Both the position numbers and the translations under genes were made by a program. A DNA stretch of 64,000 bases from Macrostomum lignano (Eukaryota): positions 61,011 through 125,010 of the forward strand of contig NIVC01003656.1 of NCBI GenBank assembly GCA_002269645.1, given 5' to 3'. This document shows, one piece after another, positions 49,666 to 61,813 of the stretch. Positions within the stretch are counted from its first letter, which is position 1; the number at the start of each line of letters is the position of its first letter. The notes under the pieces are model-generated. The model was given only the letters and a program-made list of their open reading frames with translations, searched no databases and was not told the DNA's origin.

Positions 49666-51484
49666 AGCAAATCACAACTTTCCTGCAATCTGCATTTCTA
49701 TGTTATGTTGGTAATTTAGTATTTTATGAAAATAATTTTAGTTCATTTTAGGATTCTGGCTGATAGAAAGTCAACAGCTCCAAGCAGACTTTGCATTACC
49801 AAGAAGGCATGTCTGGCAATGTAGCCAAAATAGGTATTTTAATTTTTTCTTGTGCTTCCTATTCTTCATTTCACTGCTTCTCTTTTTAGGAAATAGCAAT
49901 TCCTTTTGCAGTTTTTTGGTTAGTCTTTTATTGTCAATTATGTGCATTTAAGTGACTGAAAAAAACCTTTGCATTTTCTATATAGATGCCAAGTGCATTC
50001 TCAAAATATACAAAGCAAACCAAGTTACATCCTAGCAACAAAGGAGGTGACAATAAATTTTTTGCATATGCAAGCTTGCAATTGTGAGTTTTTCTTGCAT
50101 TATCTGCTAACCTAGAGGGGATAAAACATGGCAGCTTATCTAAAAAGTATATTTAACAAAAGTTTGGCTAGCAGCAAGACACATATAAAAAAAAACAACC
50201 AGGACCATCTCAAAGCACCACTTGACTTTGAAAGTGTCAGGTACCCAAGCTCATCTACTTTTAACAAGCTGCCTTAGGATATGTATGTCACACAATTCAG
50301 GCCATTAAACTTTGTAATCTCCAACAGAGGCTTTAAGAGGAAGATCTTTGCTCCAAAGAAGTTTGACAAATGTCAAAGTGGTAAGAGTAGTGGCTTAATT
50401 TCGAGAGGTTTGACAATTTTGCAAGTTGCCTATACTTTGTAGAAAAAGCTTGGCAACATTACATTAAGGCAACTTTTAAGGTAGCATAGATGCTTGTTTT
50501 TATTAGAAATGCCTAGAATTGATTGGATTCTTGCCGATTTCCCTTGCATTAATTTTGATCATGACAAATTGAAAGCTAAAAGCATGAATTTGGATTAAAG
50601 CAATTATAACTAGCCAGAATTGCCACTCTTTACTTTTTAATTTATTTTATATAAGATATTCTATGAAAAATGTTACATATTAATAAAATGACTAAATGAT
50701 AATTCTATCAAGCAGTTTTTTAATGTTTTTCCTTTGTTAGCTTGTTAACTCATTACAAAAAACATTAAAAAACATTATCTTAAATTTTGAATTGAAAAAG
50801 ACAACTTTATTGTTTTAACTTATGACCAACTTTACTAGCAAGAAATATAAATTAATTGTAAAATAAATTGTCCAATAGGTTGAAATTTATAAGGACATGT
50901 ACCCATGCAGCATTTTTAAGTGCCAGGGAACATTTAATCAAGGCCTGTGCTAATAACATTTTAAACAAATTATGTCATTTCTTTGTTGTGGCTTTTTAAC
51001 TTGCTAATAACTTACTAAAAGTTACTTCTTTTTATAATAAAAATGCTATATTATATTATGGAACCTAATAAAACCACCTTAGTCCAGAAAGTAAAACTGA
51101 GTGAAAATTATACTTACTGTCATTTTTTACAAGAAATTTATTTAGAACTAGTGTTGAATATGTTGAGCTACAAAAATGCTCCTTTTTAGCTTTTGCTTTA
51201 TTATATGATTACTTTTAAGCAAAATATTACAACATTGTGAACATTTGAATGCATTTTTACAATGGCTTTTGTACCTTAATAGCTTTGTTCTATTATGACT
51301 ATTTTCATTGGTGATATGATTTTCTACTATATTACAATCTAATATTGTGCTAATGCTTATTGACTCCAGTTAAATACTCATAGAAGGTCATATAATTAAG
51401 TAAACAAGCAGCAGTGACCAAGTCCCTTTCTATATAGTATAAGACCAAGAATCAGATAGCCATACACCAAGATAGCCACAACAT

Positions 51485-51877
51485 TAGAGGTTGGACAGGA
51501 TTGAAATCTTTGGGTGGGATCGGGATCGGGAATAATTTTTTTCTCAGGATCAGGATTGGGATTCGGGAATCAGGATCAGGTCTTTTAGTGTATTGTCCAT
51601 GTAAAGTTAAACAAAATTGAGAAATTATTGTCAAGATCAAGAAGTAAAACACAACGAAATTGATATGAAGTTTTGTAACCAACAAAGTAAATAATGTAAC
51701 GAGTACAAGTTAAAGCAAAATACCTTCAAGTAATCACTAAATCTATAAATTATTAATTGAAAGACCTGTTCCCAAATCTTGAGTTTTTTAGAGTCAGGAT
51801 TCTGGTCCCGCGGGAATTCAATTTTCCTCGGGATCCCGAGATTTCTGGATCGGGATCGGGATCCTGTCTGACCTCTA
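51485..51877. mobile_element. hAT-type MITE, 393 bp, TIR TAGAGGT(TG/CA)GACAGGAT, perfect 8-bp TSD CACAACAT
   Basis: CACAACAT|TAGAGG...CCTCTA|CACAACAT, with subterminal GGGATC hexamer repeats. Confidence 0.9.
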
Positions 51878-52329
51878 CACAACATTGAATCTTTATTATC
51901 ATATCTTTTCTTTTTTCACTATTAATATGCAACTTAATACCTATTGTTATACTAATTATTATTTTTAATCAATCATATTTATAAATATTAGTAATACCAT
52001 ACAATAATAGATCTAAGGTTTGAATCTAATAATTACCTATAATATAAAGACAGTTGTTATTTGTCCGGTGACTGGACAAATAGCAATATGGTTATTTGTC
52101 CAGTTACTAGATAATGGCTATGCTTTCTTATTTATCCAGTTAATACCAAACAAATAGGCATTTTGTTATTTGTCTAGTTAAATTAATAATGCTAAAATAT
52201 CTTTTTTTACAAGGGTGAATACAAGGGTGAATATTCCTAGACTTCAAAGATTTCTTACTTGTATCTTGATTATTATTTTATACTGGTATATATCCTATAT
52301 ATACCAAATTATGCCAAATTGAATACACT

Positions 52330-53114
52330 GGCTCATTCCATATAAAATGAGGTCATAACATGACAGACTATTTTTACTTATAAAATGAAATATAATAATA
52401 GAATATACTAAACCAATATTTAAATGAAAGATAATTTTGCCAAGAATATTTTTATAGAGTTTCATGTAGATATCATCATTAGTATAGATGCTATTAAACC
52501 TTGAATGGCACTTATGGTCGTAACAACAGGATTTTTGACATATAGAAACTAAAAGGTAAAAGTCTTATAACATTTTTTATTTTTTATATTTTGCAATACA
52601 TTTTTAAAAATTTGACTAACAACATCTTCAGTAATCATACTCTTTTTGTAGAATATATAAACTCAAAAGGCAACAAAGATACAAAAAAAGGCAGCCTTAT
52701 GGTCGTAACATTATGGTCGTAACATATTTTTTTCTGTCAATTCAGTAACTTTGAGGTACCAATATATTAAAAATATAATAGATTATTTGGTCACCAATGC
52801 TTTTATCTGATGATGCAAGTACTATACTTTTATCTATAGTTTGTTTCAACCTTCCAAAGCTTTCTATTTGTTTTTAAAAGGTACACAAACTTAATGATGT
52901 CTTTTGCTTAGAAAAATGTCCAAATTTTTACAAAAATGACTTTTTGCCACTTGATAACATACTAATCCAACATTTTATCATTTATTTATTCTTAGATTGT
53001 AGATATTACACATAAAAAACATTTGGTAAAAAAATTGGCTGATAAGGCAATGGCAAGCAAAAATATTTACTTTTTTCTATTTTCCAAAAATGTTCATCTT
53101 ATATGGAATGAGCC
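52330..53114 (-). mobile_element. MITE copy 2 (reverse complement of 47528-48313), 785 bp, 4-bp TSD CACT
   Basis: CACT|GGCTCATTCC...GGAATGAGCC|CACT. The body aligns in inverted orientation to copy 1 with scattered substitutions. Confidence 0.9.
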
Positions 53115-53619
53115 CACTGCATTTTTAACACTAGTAGTAAACAACAAAATATGAATCAGTATACAAGAAAATATCTTAAAAATATAGAATATTTGAAACA
53201 AATAGATATTTGTGTTAGCAATTTAACTGGACAAATAACAAATGCCTAATATAAAAACTTTATATATAATCTTTTTGAATTTGTATGCCAATTTATTCCC
53301 TAGGCCTAGGCCTCTATCATTATATCTATCAAATCTATTATTATTTGTTTATCAAGAAATCATTGCTAATGATAATAATATTCAAAAAATGTAATAAATA
53401 TGCAATAAGGTATCTTTTATACTAGACTTATATAATTCCATTATAATAGCATCTATCTCTCTAAGACTTGAAGATCTATACCTAATAAAAATTGCTACCA
53501 ATAGGAAATAAATTAAATATATAGACCTCAGGTTTCTTATTATCTTATTAAGACATTTAGAGCTGTGGCCATCTTAGTGTGGCTATCTTGGTCATGCGCC
53601 ATAAATGGCGAAATATCGC

Positions 53620-53885
53620 TAATTTTACAAAGGGGGATGGGAGGTGGATATTCCCCAAATTTGCAAAGGGGGTAGGCCTATGGGCGGAGATTAATATTTG
53701 CCAAATGTTACAAAGGCCATGGGGGTGGGCCGGTAGGGAAAGATAAATATTAATTAAATTTTACAAAGGGGGACGAGGAGAGATGAATATTCATTCAACT
53801 TTACAAAGAGGACATTGGAACGATGATTATTTGCAAATTTTGCAAAGGGGGTTGGGACGTGAATATTCGTTAAATTTTACAAAGT
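53620..53885. repeat. Degenerate array of ~7 units: conserved AAATTTTACAAAGGGG core with variable G-rich linkers
   Basis: The core recurs at ~37-53-nt spacing. Confidence 0.6.
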
Positions 53886-56800
53886 AGTACATGTATTAGG
53901 CTACACGTGTGTGTTCGTGGTCATCGAGCACACGGCTGGCCAGTGACCAGATTTGGATTTGCGCAGCTGCACGTTAACAGACTTTACCCCTTTATTCTGT
54001 TCATGAAAATAAAACTTATACTAAATTTAAAAACTGTAAATTTTTGACGTAACAATCAATAGCTGCCATTGCTTGTGCTTTTCACTAAAATTTTTTGTTT
54101 CACTGTAGATTAAAAATTTTTAAACTTGACTCGTTTAATTAATTCGAAGCCCAGTTACTGTTAGACTGCTTCTAGGTCTCACTGTGTTTATTTTTGTGCC
54201 ATGAATCATAGATATGACTCAAAGGCAACACCAGGGACCAATTTTACGAAGCACTTACCACTGGTAAATAGCCAGCGAACCAGTGGTATTTTTCTATCTC
54301 TATTTTACAAAGCACTGTTTTTCACCACTCATCAACCATCGAATAACCAGATACAATTTTGTGTGGCAGAGGTGCTGAATCCAATTTTACGAAGCTCTTA
54401 TCAGTCTACCACTGGTGAGAAATTGTAGATAAAATCAAGCAAATTTTAATCCACCCTCGAAGCAAGATAAAAGCCAACTAGTACACCTTTTCGCGTTCTA
54501 TTATGATCAAAGTCCAGTTCTAAGAAAACTAGCGAAAATTCAATTTAGACAATTCAGACTGGGTCAACACTTACGGAACATCAATAAAAACAAAACCCAG
54601 TTCAAAACATTCTGTTCATTCTGCCACCGGTCGAAGCAAGTTTAGCCATCGACAAAATTGTCCCAGTCTGATCGAATTGAACACACCATTTTACCTCTGT
54701 TTTGAACAAAGTCTTGTTGGTGGTGTAGACTAGCATTTCGAGCATGGATCTGCTCCAATTTTGGGAAGTCGATGACGAAAGACGCCGGTCTCGTGTTTAT
54801 ATTGAGAGAGCATTCATGAACAACGATGGCTGCTTTGTTCAGCGCTTAGAATGCACTTTGAGGTTTCAATAGTTGGAGCGAATCTAAGTAGCAGAGGAAA
54901 ATATTGTTCGGTGTATCTCGTGTTTGTGCAAAGAATCAAATTGTGACAATCGACTGTCGAGCTGATAATTACATCAAGTGAGTCGTAACTATGCTCGAGG
55001 AAATTGTTGCTATTAAATGCATGTCGTTTTTTCTTGGAAATTATAAACTGAACTTTTGGGCGAAACGCAAAAAAATCTCGAGATTTGTATAGTTTTAATG
55101 CACTATTGAATTTCTAGTTTATGCCAACAACGACACAGCAACAACAATTGCAGCGGCAGCAAGAACAACAACAATAGAGTACGGCTGGTACCACCTCAAA
55201 TGAAATCGGCGTCCTCCAAACGACGTGGCGTACCTTGAAATTAAACGTCACCCTTGGTGCTGGTTTTGGTGGACAGTCAAATAAAATAGCGCCCGCACGA
55301 AAACGAGCCCCTCTCTCATTGAAAATGAAAAATGAAAATGAGCCCAGCAGGACTCTTCAAGACTCAAATCATAACATTTGTTGCACAGGATATGCCCTCT
55401 TACTGTGTACATAAGTGACTTCTTACAGTTCCGGGGGGTTCGAGAACTCCATCAGGGCCAATATACGAGCTAATAGGTTATATATAAATCATTTTTTGAG
55501 ATGCAAGGAAAATCTAAGCTTGCTGCATGTTATTTGCGTTCCTCCCGGTGTTCGCGAAAGATGCTGGGCATAAACAAATTGCCGTTAGTACCTAGCCGTT
55601 ATCAAGTGCTTGCTGCGGTGTCTCATTTGCTCTCATCCACTCCAGCCCAATAAGACGACACCGCTAGCGCTGCGATTTATTATCCATCTGTATGCCCTCC
55701 TGCAGTCCCTATTAGATTTCATCGCCCGTGTGCTCCAGGAAGGGATGCGGATTTCTTGAGCAGAAGATCGGACCCAGGCCGGGAGGAGGCTGAGTAAATT
55801 AGCGATGCCGCATTGATAATTGCTGCGCCACTTCTTGTTTTATCTTAATCCACCGATGTCTTTTTTATCGGCGACTCGCATCCTCCCTCCTCGCTTGCTT
55901 TTCAGGCTAAAATACAGCTCGCTCAAACTTCTAGCTCGGAGCCTTGAGCAGGCCGCGGAATTGTTTGCGAATTGAGGCTGAGCAGGGAGGAAATGTCTAA
56001 TTTACAGCCCCGGCGTCTCTGGCCCTTTTCAGTTTGCTAAAAAAATTGTACGCGGTCGCAGTTTGCAGCTTTTTTTCACGATATGCCAGGCCCTATTGAG
56101 CGGATCACGCGTTCCGGCCGAGATTCCAGCCACAGGGATTATAATCCCTCTATCTTCCCCAGACCATAGGTGTCCCCATGACCTTCGCATCCATGGCGCT
56201 GGCTCGTGCATGGCAGAAGCAAATTTTTGGGAGCCAAATAGAACGAAGTTGCTTGTTTAACTTTTTTCTCTCATCCTCAGGCGAGCTGTCTCTCCCTACC
56301 CTGGTTAATCTTTTCTTCCCGACCGTCTTTCCTGTCAGCCAGCCACACTTTGCAGCCACGCGGCCTCTCGAGTGCCTTAAATAATAATCAGCACTGCATT
56401 GAAATTCTCTTCAGGTTGCCACTGTCAGCAGAGTTTTTCCACAGCTTTGCAGCTGCTTTTCTATTTGCTTCGCTCTCCTGCCCCGCGTCCGACTCAAATA
56501 AATTGAGACCAACTCACGGAGGACACGTCTTCTAAAAAATGCAAGTGAGCACTGGCCTGATGAGCCCGCGTCTATATGGTTCTGAAATCAGCTCGATGCT
56601 TAGAGAAATTTGCTCATGACTGCGCACTGTTTCCTTGCTGCCCCTTGGTTACAGGTTTTTATTGTTCTCCGAGCAGGGACTACTTAAACTAGGGATGGGA
56701 AACCGGCCAAATCATGCAGAAAATATTTGGAAGCTGGTTTTTTCTAGTGCTCCCCAGAATTTATAATTGAATGTAGAAAGCTGGTCTTTCGCCATCCTGT

Positions 56801-57332
56801 ACAGAATCAATCCCGTTACAAGATGCACAACTCGATTTTTGTCAATCTTCATTCTAAGAGGAGTAGTGAGCTTTTTTGTACAGGACCCTTCTTTTTCAAA
56901 GTGTTTTATATAGAGAATTCCTTATAAAAATTTCGTAAGTTTTAGACGACACAGCAGAAGCGGCTACAAGCTTATGTGAATTAGCGGTGATGCTTGTGCA
57001 GAAACCCTAGACAATTTAATAGCGCGTTTGTTGGATCCAGGCGCGTCGCCACCGGGGGGACAGGGGGGACATGTCCCCCCCAGTAAAAGCTTTGGGGGGA
57101 CATGCCAATGCTTTGTCCCCTCCACCCCACCTTGTGAGTCGTTGTGGTAATCAACAAATTTTCTTCAAGGTGCCAAGATATAGCGCTTTCGGCGCCGAAA
57201 TGAGTGCCTGTGGCGCTAAAATGAGTGCCTGCGGCGCTAAAATGAGTGCCTGCGGCGCCAAAAGGAGTGCCTGCGGCGCTAAAATGAGTGCCTGCAGCGC
57301 TAAAATGAGTGCCTGCGGCGCTAAAAGGAATG

Positions 57333-58429
57333 TGTAGCGGACACATGTACTTTTGACAGAGCCAGCCACTGCTGCTCAAACTGTCTATGGCCCAAATAAA
57401 CTCGAGCCGTAAAAGGCCCAGCCGCAGCACTTTATTAAAAGACAAGCGGTCTTCATCTCGCCGCACGCGAGCCGCTTCAGTGGTGAGCCCGACTATACTC
57501 AGCCGTAGCTGAGTATTTCAAGCTTTTCGCCCGCTGCCTCGTCACAGTTTCGGCCACCAGGTCTTCCGAGTCCAGCCAAAGCCATCGTCCACCTCGATCC
57601 CTAAATCCGGCTCAGCGCTTCTGACTGGAGCCGCATCAAAGTGACCATGACCGATTCCTGGTCACTGCGGTTATGCAGTAGGTGAGCAGTGCACTCCGGG
57701 TAAGGGGCTCTCGCCTGCCAAAGTTTGCTTGCAACGCCCCACCCGACGCTGCGACGTCGATGCGGCTCACCTCGGCAACGCCTTGTCCCAGCAGCACAGG
57801 CGGACACGTCGGACGAAGCATCGGTGCACTTTTCTGCGCTGCAGGCCCCACCACGCTACCGACGGATCACCACAATGGCAATGGCATACGTACCAGCAGC
57901 ATCATCATCAGCTCAACCATCCACTGCTGCCGCTGCCCTCGGCCTCGAGGATGCTGGTGTCTATGACCTCAACTGGCCCACAACGCCACCGGCTCGCAGC
58001 TCGATCTATCAGCAGCAAAGTGCTCACACTTTTGGACAGTCCCTGAACACCCGCCATCGAGCCAGCCTCTGCACGCTTTCGATTTCTGTGCTACTAACAG
58101 TTTCACATTACCAATTTAGACGCCCCAACCCGGTCATCCACTGCCGGTGACCCTTTTCTAACCCAGTCGTTTCCATTGCGTTAGTGGCAAAGTAATCGCA
58201 GCCGACCCAGCCGTTGCCACAGCAGCTGAGCTCCCGACGAGCACAATGCAAGAGCAACATTGTCTGGCTCTGGGGGGAGTTGTGTAGCGGACACATGTAC
58301 TTTTGACAGAGCCAGCCACTGCTGCTCAAACTGTCTATGGCCCAAATAAACTCGAGCCGTAAAAGGCCCAGCCGCAGCACTTTATTAAAAGACAAGCGGT
58401 CTTCATCTCGCCGCACGCGAGCCGCTTCA
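57333..58429 (+). mobile_element. Intact miniature non-autonomous LTR retrotransposon (TRIM), 1097 bp
   Basis: Identical 147-bp LTRs (57333-57479, 58283-58429) with TGTAGCGG...CCGCTTCA ends. PBS TGGTGAGCCCGAC at 57481, PPT GGGGGGAG at 58272-58279, 4-bp TSD AATG on both sides. No gag/pol recognised. Confidence 0.92.
57481..57493 (+). promoter_or_regulatory. Primer-binding site of the TRIM (tRNA-Trp-like)
   Basis: TGG start 1 nt after the 5' LTR; 12/13 match to the canonical Trp PBS TGGTGACCCCGAC. The host tRNA was not checked. Confidence 0.7.
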
Positions 58430-61369
58430 AATGCCAAAATGAGTGCCTGCAGCGCTAAAATGAGTGCCTGCGGCGCTAAAAGGAATGCCCGTGGCGCCAA
58501 AAGGAGTGCCTGCGGCGCTAAAATGAGTGCCTGCGGCGCTAAAATGAGTGCCTGCGGCGCTAAAATGAGTGCCTGCGACGCTAAAATGAGTGGCTGCGGC
58601 GCTAAAATGAGTGCCTGTGGCGCTAAAATGAGTGCCTGCGGCGCCAAAATGAGTGCCTGCAGCGCTAAAATGAGTGCCTGCGGCGCTAAAAGGAGTGCTA
58701 AAATGAGTGCCTGCAGCGCTAAAATGAGTGCCAGCGGCGCTAAAAGGAATGCCAAAATGAGTGCCTGCAGCGCTAAAATGAGTGCCTGCGGCGCTAAAAG
58801 GAATGCCCGTGGCGCCAAAAGGAGTGCCTGCGGCGCTAAAATGAGTGCCTGCGGCGCCAAAAGGAGTGCCTGGGGTGCCATAATGAGTGCCTGCGGCGCT
58901 AAAATGAGTGCCTGCGGCGCTAAAATGAGTGCCTGCGGCGCTAAAATGAGTGCCTGGGGCGCTAAAATGAATGCCCGTGGCGCCTAAAGGAGTGCCTGCG
59001 GCGCTAAAATGAGTGCCTTCGGCGCTAAAATGGGAGCCTTCGGCGCTAAAATTAGTGCCTGCGGCGCCAAAATGAGTGCCTGCGGCGCTAAAATGAGTGC
59101 CTGCGGCGCCAAAAGGAGTGCCTGCGGCGCTAAAATGAGTGCTTGCGGCGCCAAAAGGAGTGCCTGCGGCGCTAAAATGAGTGCTTGCGGCGCCAAAAGG
59201 AGTGCCTGGGGTGCCAAAATGAGTGCCCGCGGCGCTAAAATCAGTGCCTGTGGCGCTAAAATGAGTGCCTGCGGCGCTAAAAGGAGTGCCTGGGGTGCCA
59301 AAATGAGTGCCCGCGGCGCTAAAATCAGTGCCTGTGGCGCTAAAATGAGTACCTGTGGCGCCAAAAGGAGTGCCTGTGGCGCTAAAATGAGTGCCTGCGG
59401 CGCTAAAAGGAATGCCCGTGGCGCCAAAAGGAGTGCCTGCGGCGCTAAAATGAGTGCCTGCGGCGCTAAAATGAGTGCCTGCGGCGCTAAAATGAGTGCC
59501 TGCGACGCTAAAATGAGTGGCTGCGGCGCTAAAATGAGTGCCTGTGGCGCTAAAATGAGTGCCTGCGGCGCCAAAATGAGTGCCTGCAGCGCTAAAATGA
59601 GTGCCTGCGGCGCTAAAAGGAGTGCTAAAATGAGTGCCTGCAGCGCTAAAATGAGTGCCTGCGGCGCTAAAAGGAGTGCTAAAATGAGTGCCTGCAGCGC
59701 TAAAATGAGTGCCAGTGGCGCTAAAAGGAATGCCAAAATGAGTGCCTGCAGCGCTAAAATGAGTGCCTGCGGCGCTAAAAGGAATGCCAAAATGAGTGCC
59801 TGCAGCGCTAAAATGAGTGCTTGCGGCGCCAAAAGGAGTGCCTGGGGTGCCAAAATGAGTGCCCGCGGCGCTAAAATCAGTGCCTGTGGCGCTAAAATGA
59901 GTGCCTGCGGCGCCAAAAGGAGTGCCTGGGGTGCCAAAATGAGTGCCCGCGGCGCTAAAATGAGTGCCTGCGGCGCTAAAAGGAGTGCCTGGGGTGCCAA
60001 AATGAGTGCCTGCGGCGCTAAAATGAGTGCCTGCGGCGCTAAAATGAGTACCTGTGGCGCCAAAAGGAGTGCCTGTGGCGCCAGAATGAGTGCCAAAATT
60101 TAGTCATGTACATGTGCATGTTGAATTCTTGGCTTTGTCCCCCACCACAAAATCCATGGCCCCTGCCTGGATCAGTAAATAGCAAACAGCTTCACCACAG
60201 TTTTACAGGCGATTGCATAATCAATTGTCTGTCTACCAGCAAGTGGGAAAACTTCACCTGCAGCTTAGCAAACTATCCCCTACATACCAGATGCAGAATC
60301 GAGCCACTGCACATCACACATGGGTCCTGGCAAAATTCAAGGTCTCAGAGAAACCTACTCGTTTCTGTGAATAAATTTTGCTAACGGAGTGTTGAAGATA
60401 TTTGGCAACTGAATCGGGCCTTTAGTATTCACCTGCAATTTTGAATTCTTGATGAGATTTCTGTCTCATTCTATACAATATTGTGGCAACTGGTCAGGTA
60501 GTTTCGCTATTTCTGACTCAACCCGACATTCACGCGAAGAATATTGAGATTTTTGAGCAAACATTGAGTCTTTCGGATTTGTTTAAAAATTTCAACAGAA
60601 ATTTATGCGCACGCAGGGGAACCGACGATGGTGCCGAATTTTTGCTGTCAAATCCAAGAGAGTCTGGATGCCGTCTGCTTCCTAATGGGGAAGTTCCAGT
60701 CACGAGTTGCTGACAGGAGCCTGAGACAATAGTTGAGAAAACAAACATACAGAAACAGAGTCCCAACCAGAGTTCTGTGAGGGGGTTGTGAGACGTGCTG
60801 CCTCACAGCCCGTAAAATTGTAAAGTTGCACAAGTAAATTATAACGCATAAAAAAAAGCATAAATTTGTTTCCAACATTTGGAAAAAGAGCTGACAATTC
60901 AGTTTACCATCCAATCATTTTTGTCGGTTATTAGCTGCTGCTAAATTTTGGCATTCGCAGATCAAGGCTCAGGAGCGATGCACAGCTGCCGTCACCACTC
61001 GCTGCTCATGCAATTCAGAGACAGATCCCATTTCACTCACCGTCCGCAAAAAAGCTACTGAAATTTGATCCTCTCAGATCCTCAAGCTCAAGTATTGACG
61101 GTAAGCAAACACCCGACCTGTCTCATTGTTTCCCAATGTTCATGCCATTGTCTTGCAGCGGCGGTAATCCTTTAAGAAGGTTAGCTCAGGCCGTCCATTC
61201 TCCTGCAGCTGGACTACAGCTGCTGCATCGGCCTCCTTGGTAGATTCATCAGCAGCGGCTGGTAGCGACCTTTAGCCACTTGTCATTGCACTGCTGCACC
61301 TTGCAGATCGACTCTTTTCATTCATTGCGTACTTTTAGGAACACAGTTTAACAGTGTGTTATAACAAAA

Positions 61370-61375
61370 TTTATT
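61370..61375 (-). terminator. Candidate polyadenylation signal for the INSM-like gene
   Basis: AATAAA on the minus strand, ~440 nt after the stop. Confidence 0.4.
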
Positions 61376-61813
61376 GGTAATATTTGTTACATTTTATGCA
61401 TAAGAAGTACATTTCACATGCAAGATTTTAAAATCTATAGGGAGGGAACTTTCGCTTTATATCATTCAATGAATTTACACTCCAAAAGGTATAAGAAAGC
61501 AAAGTTTTTTTAAATTCAAAAACTTTAAACTTTTGATCGCTTACGCGTAAAAAGTTGTATTTCTGCGCGAGGATGTTCAGCGGCTATACGAGCGTAGCTA
61601 TGCGATGTGAAACCACATCTATATTTCATATAATTAAAAATTTGACCTCAATTTGGCTCAACTGCTTAATTCTGAAAACATCCTGCAGCAAAATATAACT
61701 TTCCACATGACTAACCTTAAAGCGCGTGAAACTCCAAATTATATGATTATAACAAAACTGTTCATATCTAGATGGTAGGATACGGTAAGCTAATCGGTAA
61801 ACAAATAAGTCAA

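Larger units (their letters stand above)
57195..60100. repeat. 21-bp minisatellite (AAAATGAGTGCCTGCGGCGCT), split by the TRIM into ~6 units (57195-57332) and ~80 units (58430-60100)
   Basis: 21-nt periodicity. The KMSACGA / APQALIL ORFs are by-products. Confidence 0.95.
57038..60165. mobile_element. Probable hAT-type MITE expanded by an internal 21-bp minisatellite and a nested TRIM
   Basis: Left end CAGGCGCGTCGCCA..GGGGGACATGTCCCCCC; right end CTTTGTCCCCC..AAAATCCATGGCCCCTG. Flanks GTTGGATC / CCTGGATC (6/8). Same architecture as 6257-6417. Confidence 0.45.

Noticed and set aside
55400-56600. Moderately GC-rich segment with short ORFs
   Set aside because: All frames are interrupted and no motif was recognised; cannot support a gene or transposase call.
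56981-60103. KMSACGA / APQALIL repeat ORFs
   Set aside because: Translations of the 21-bp minisatellite on both strands; no unique domain.
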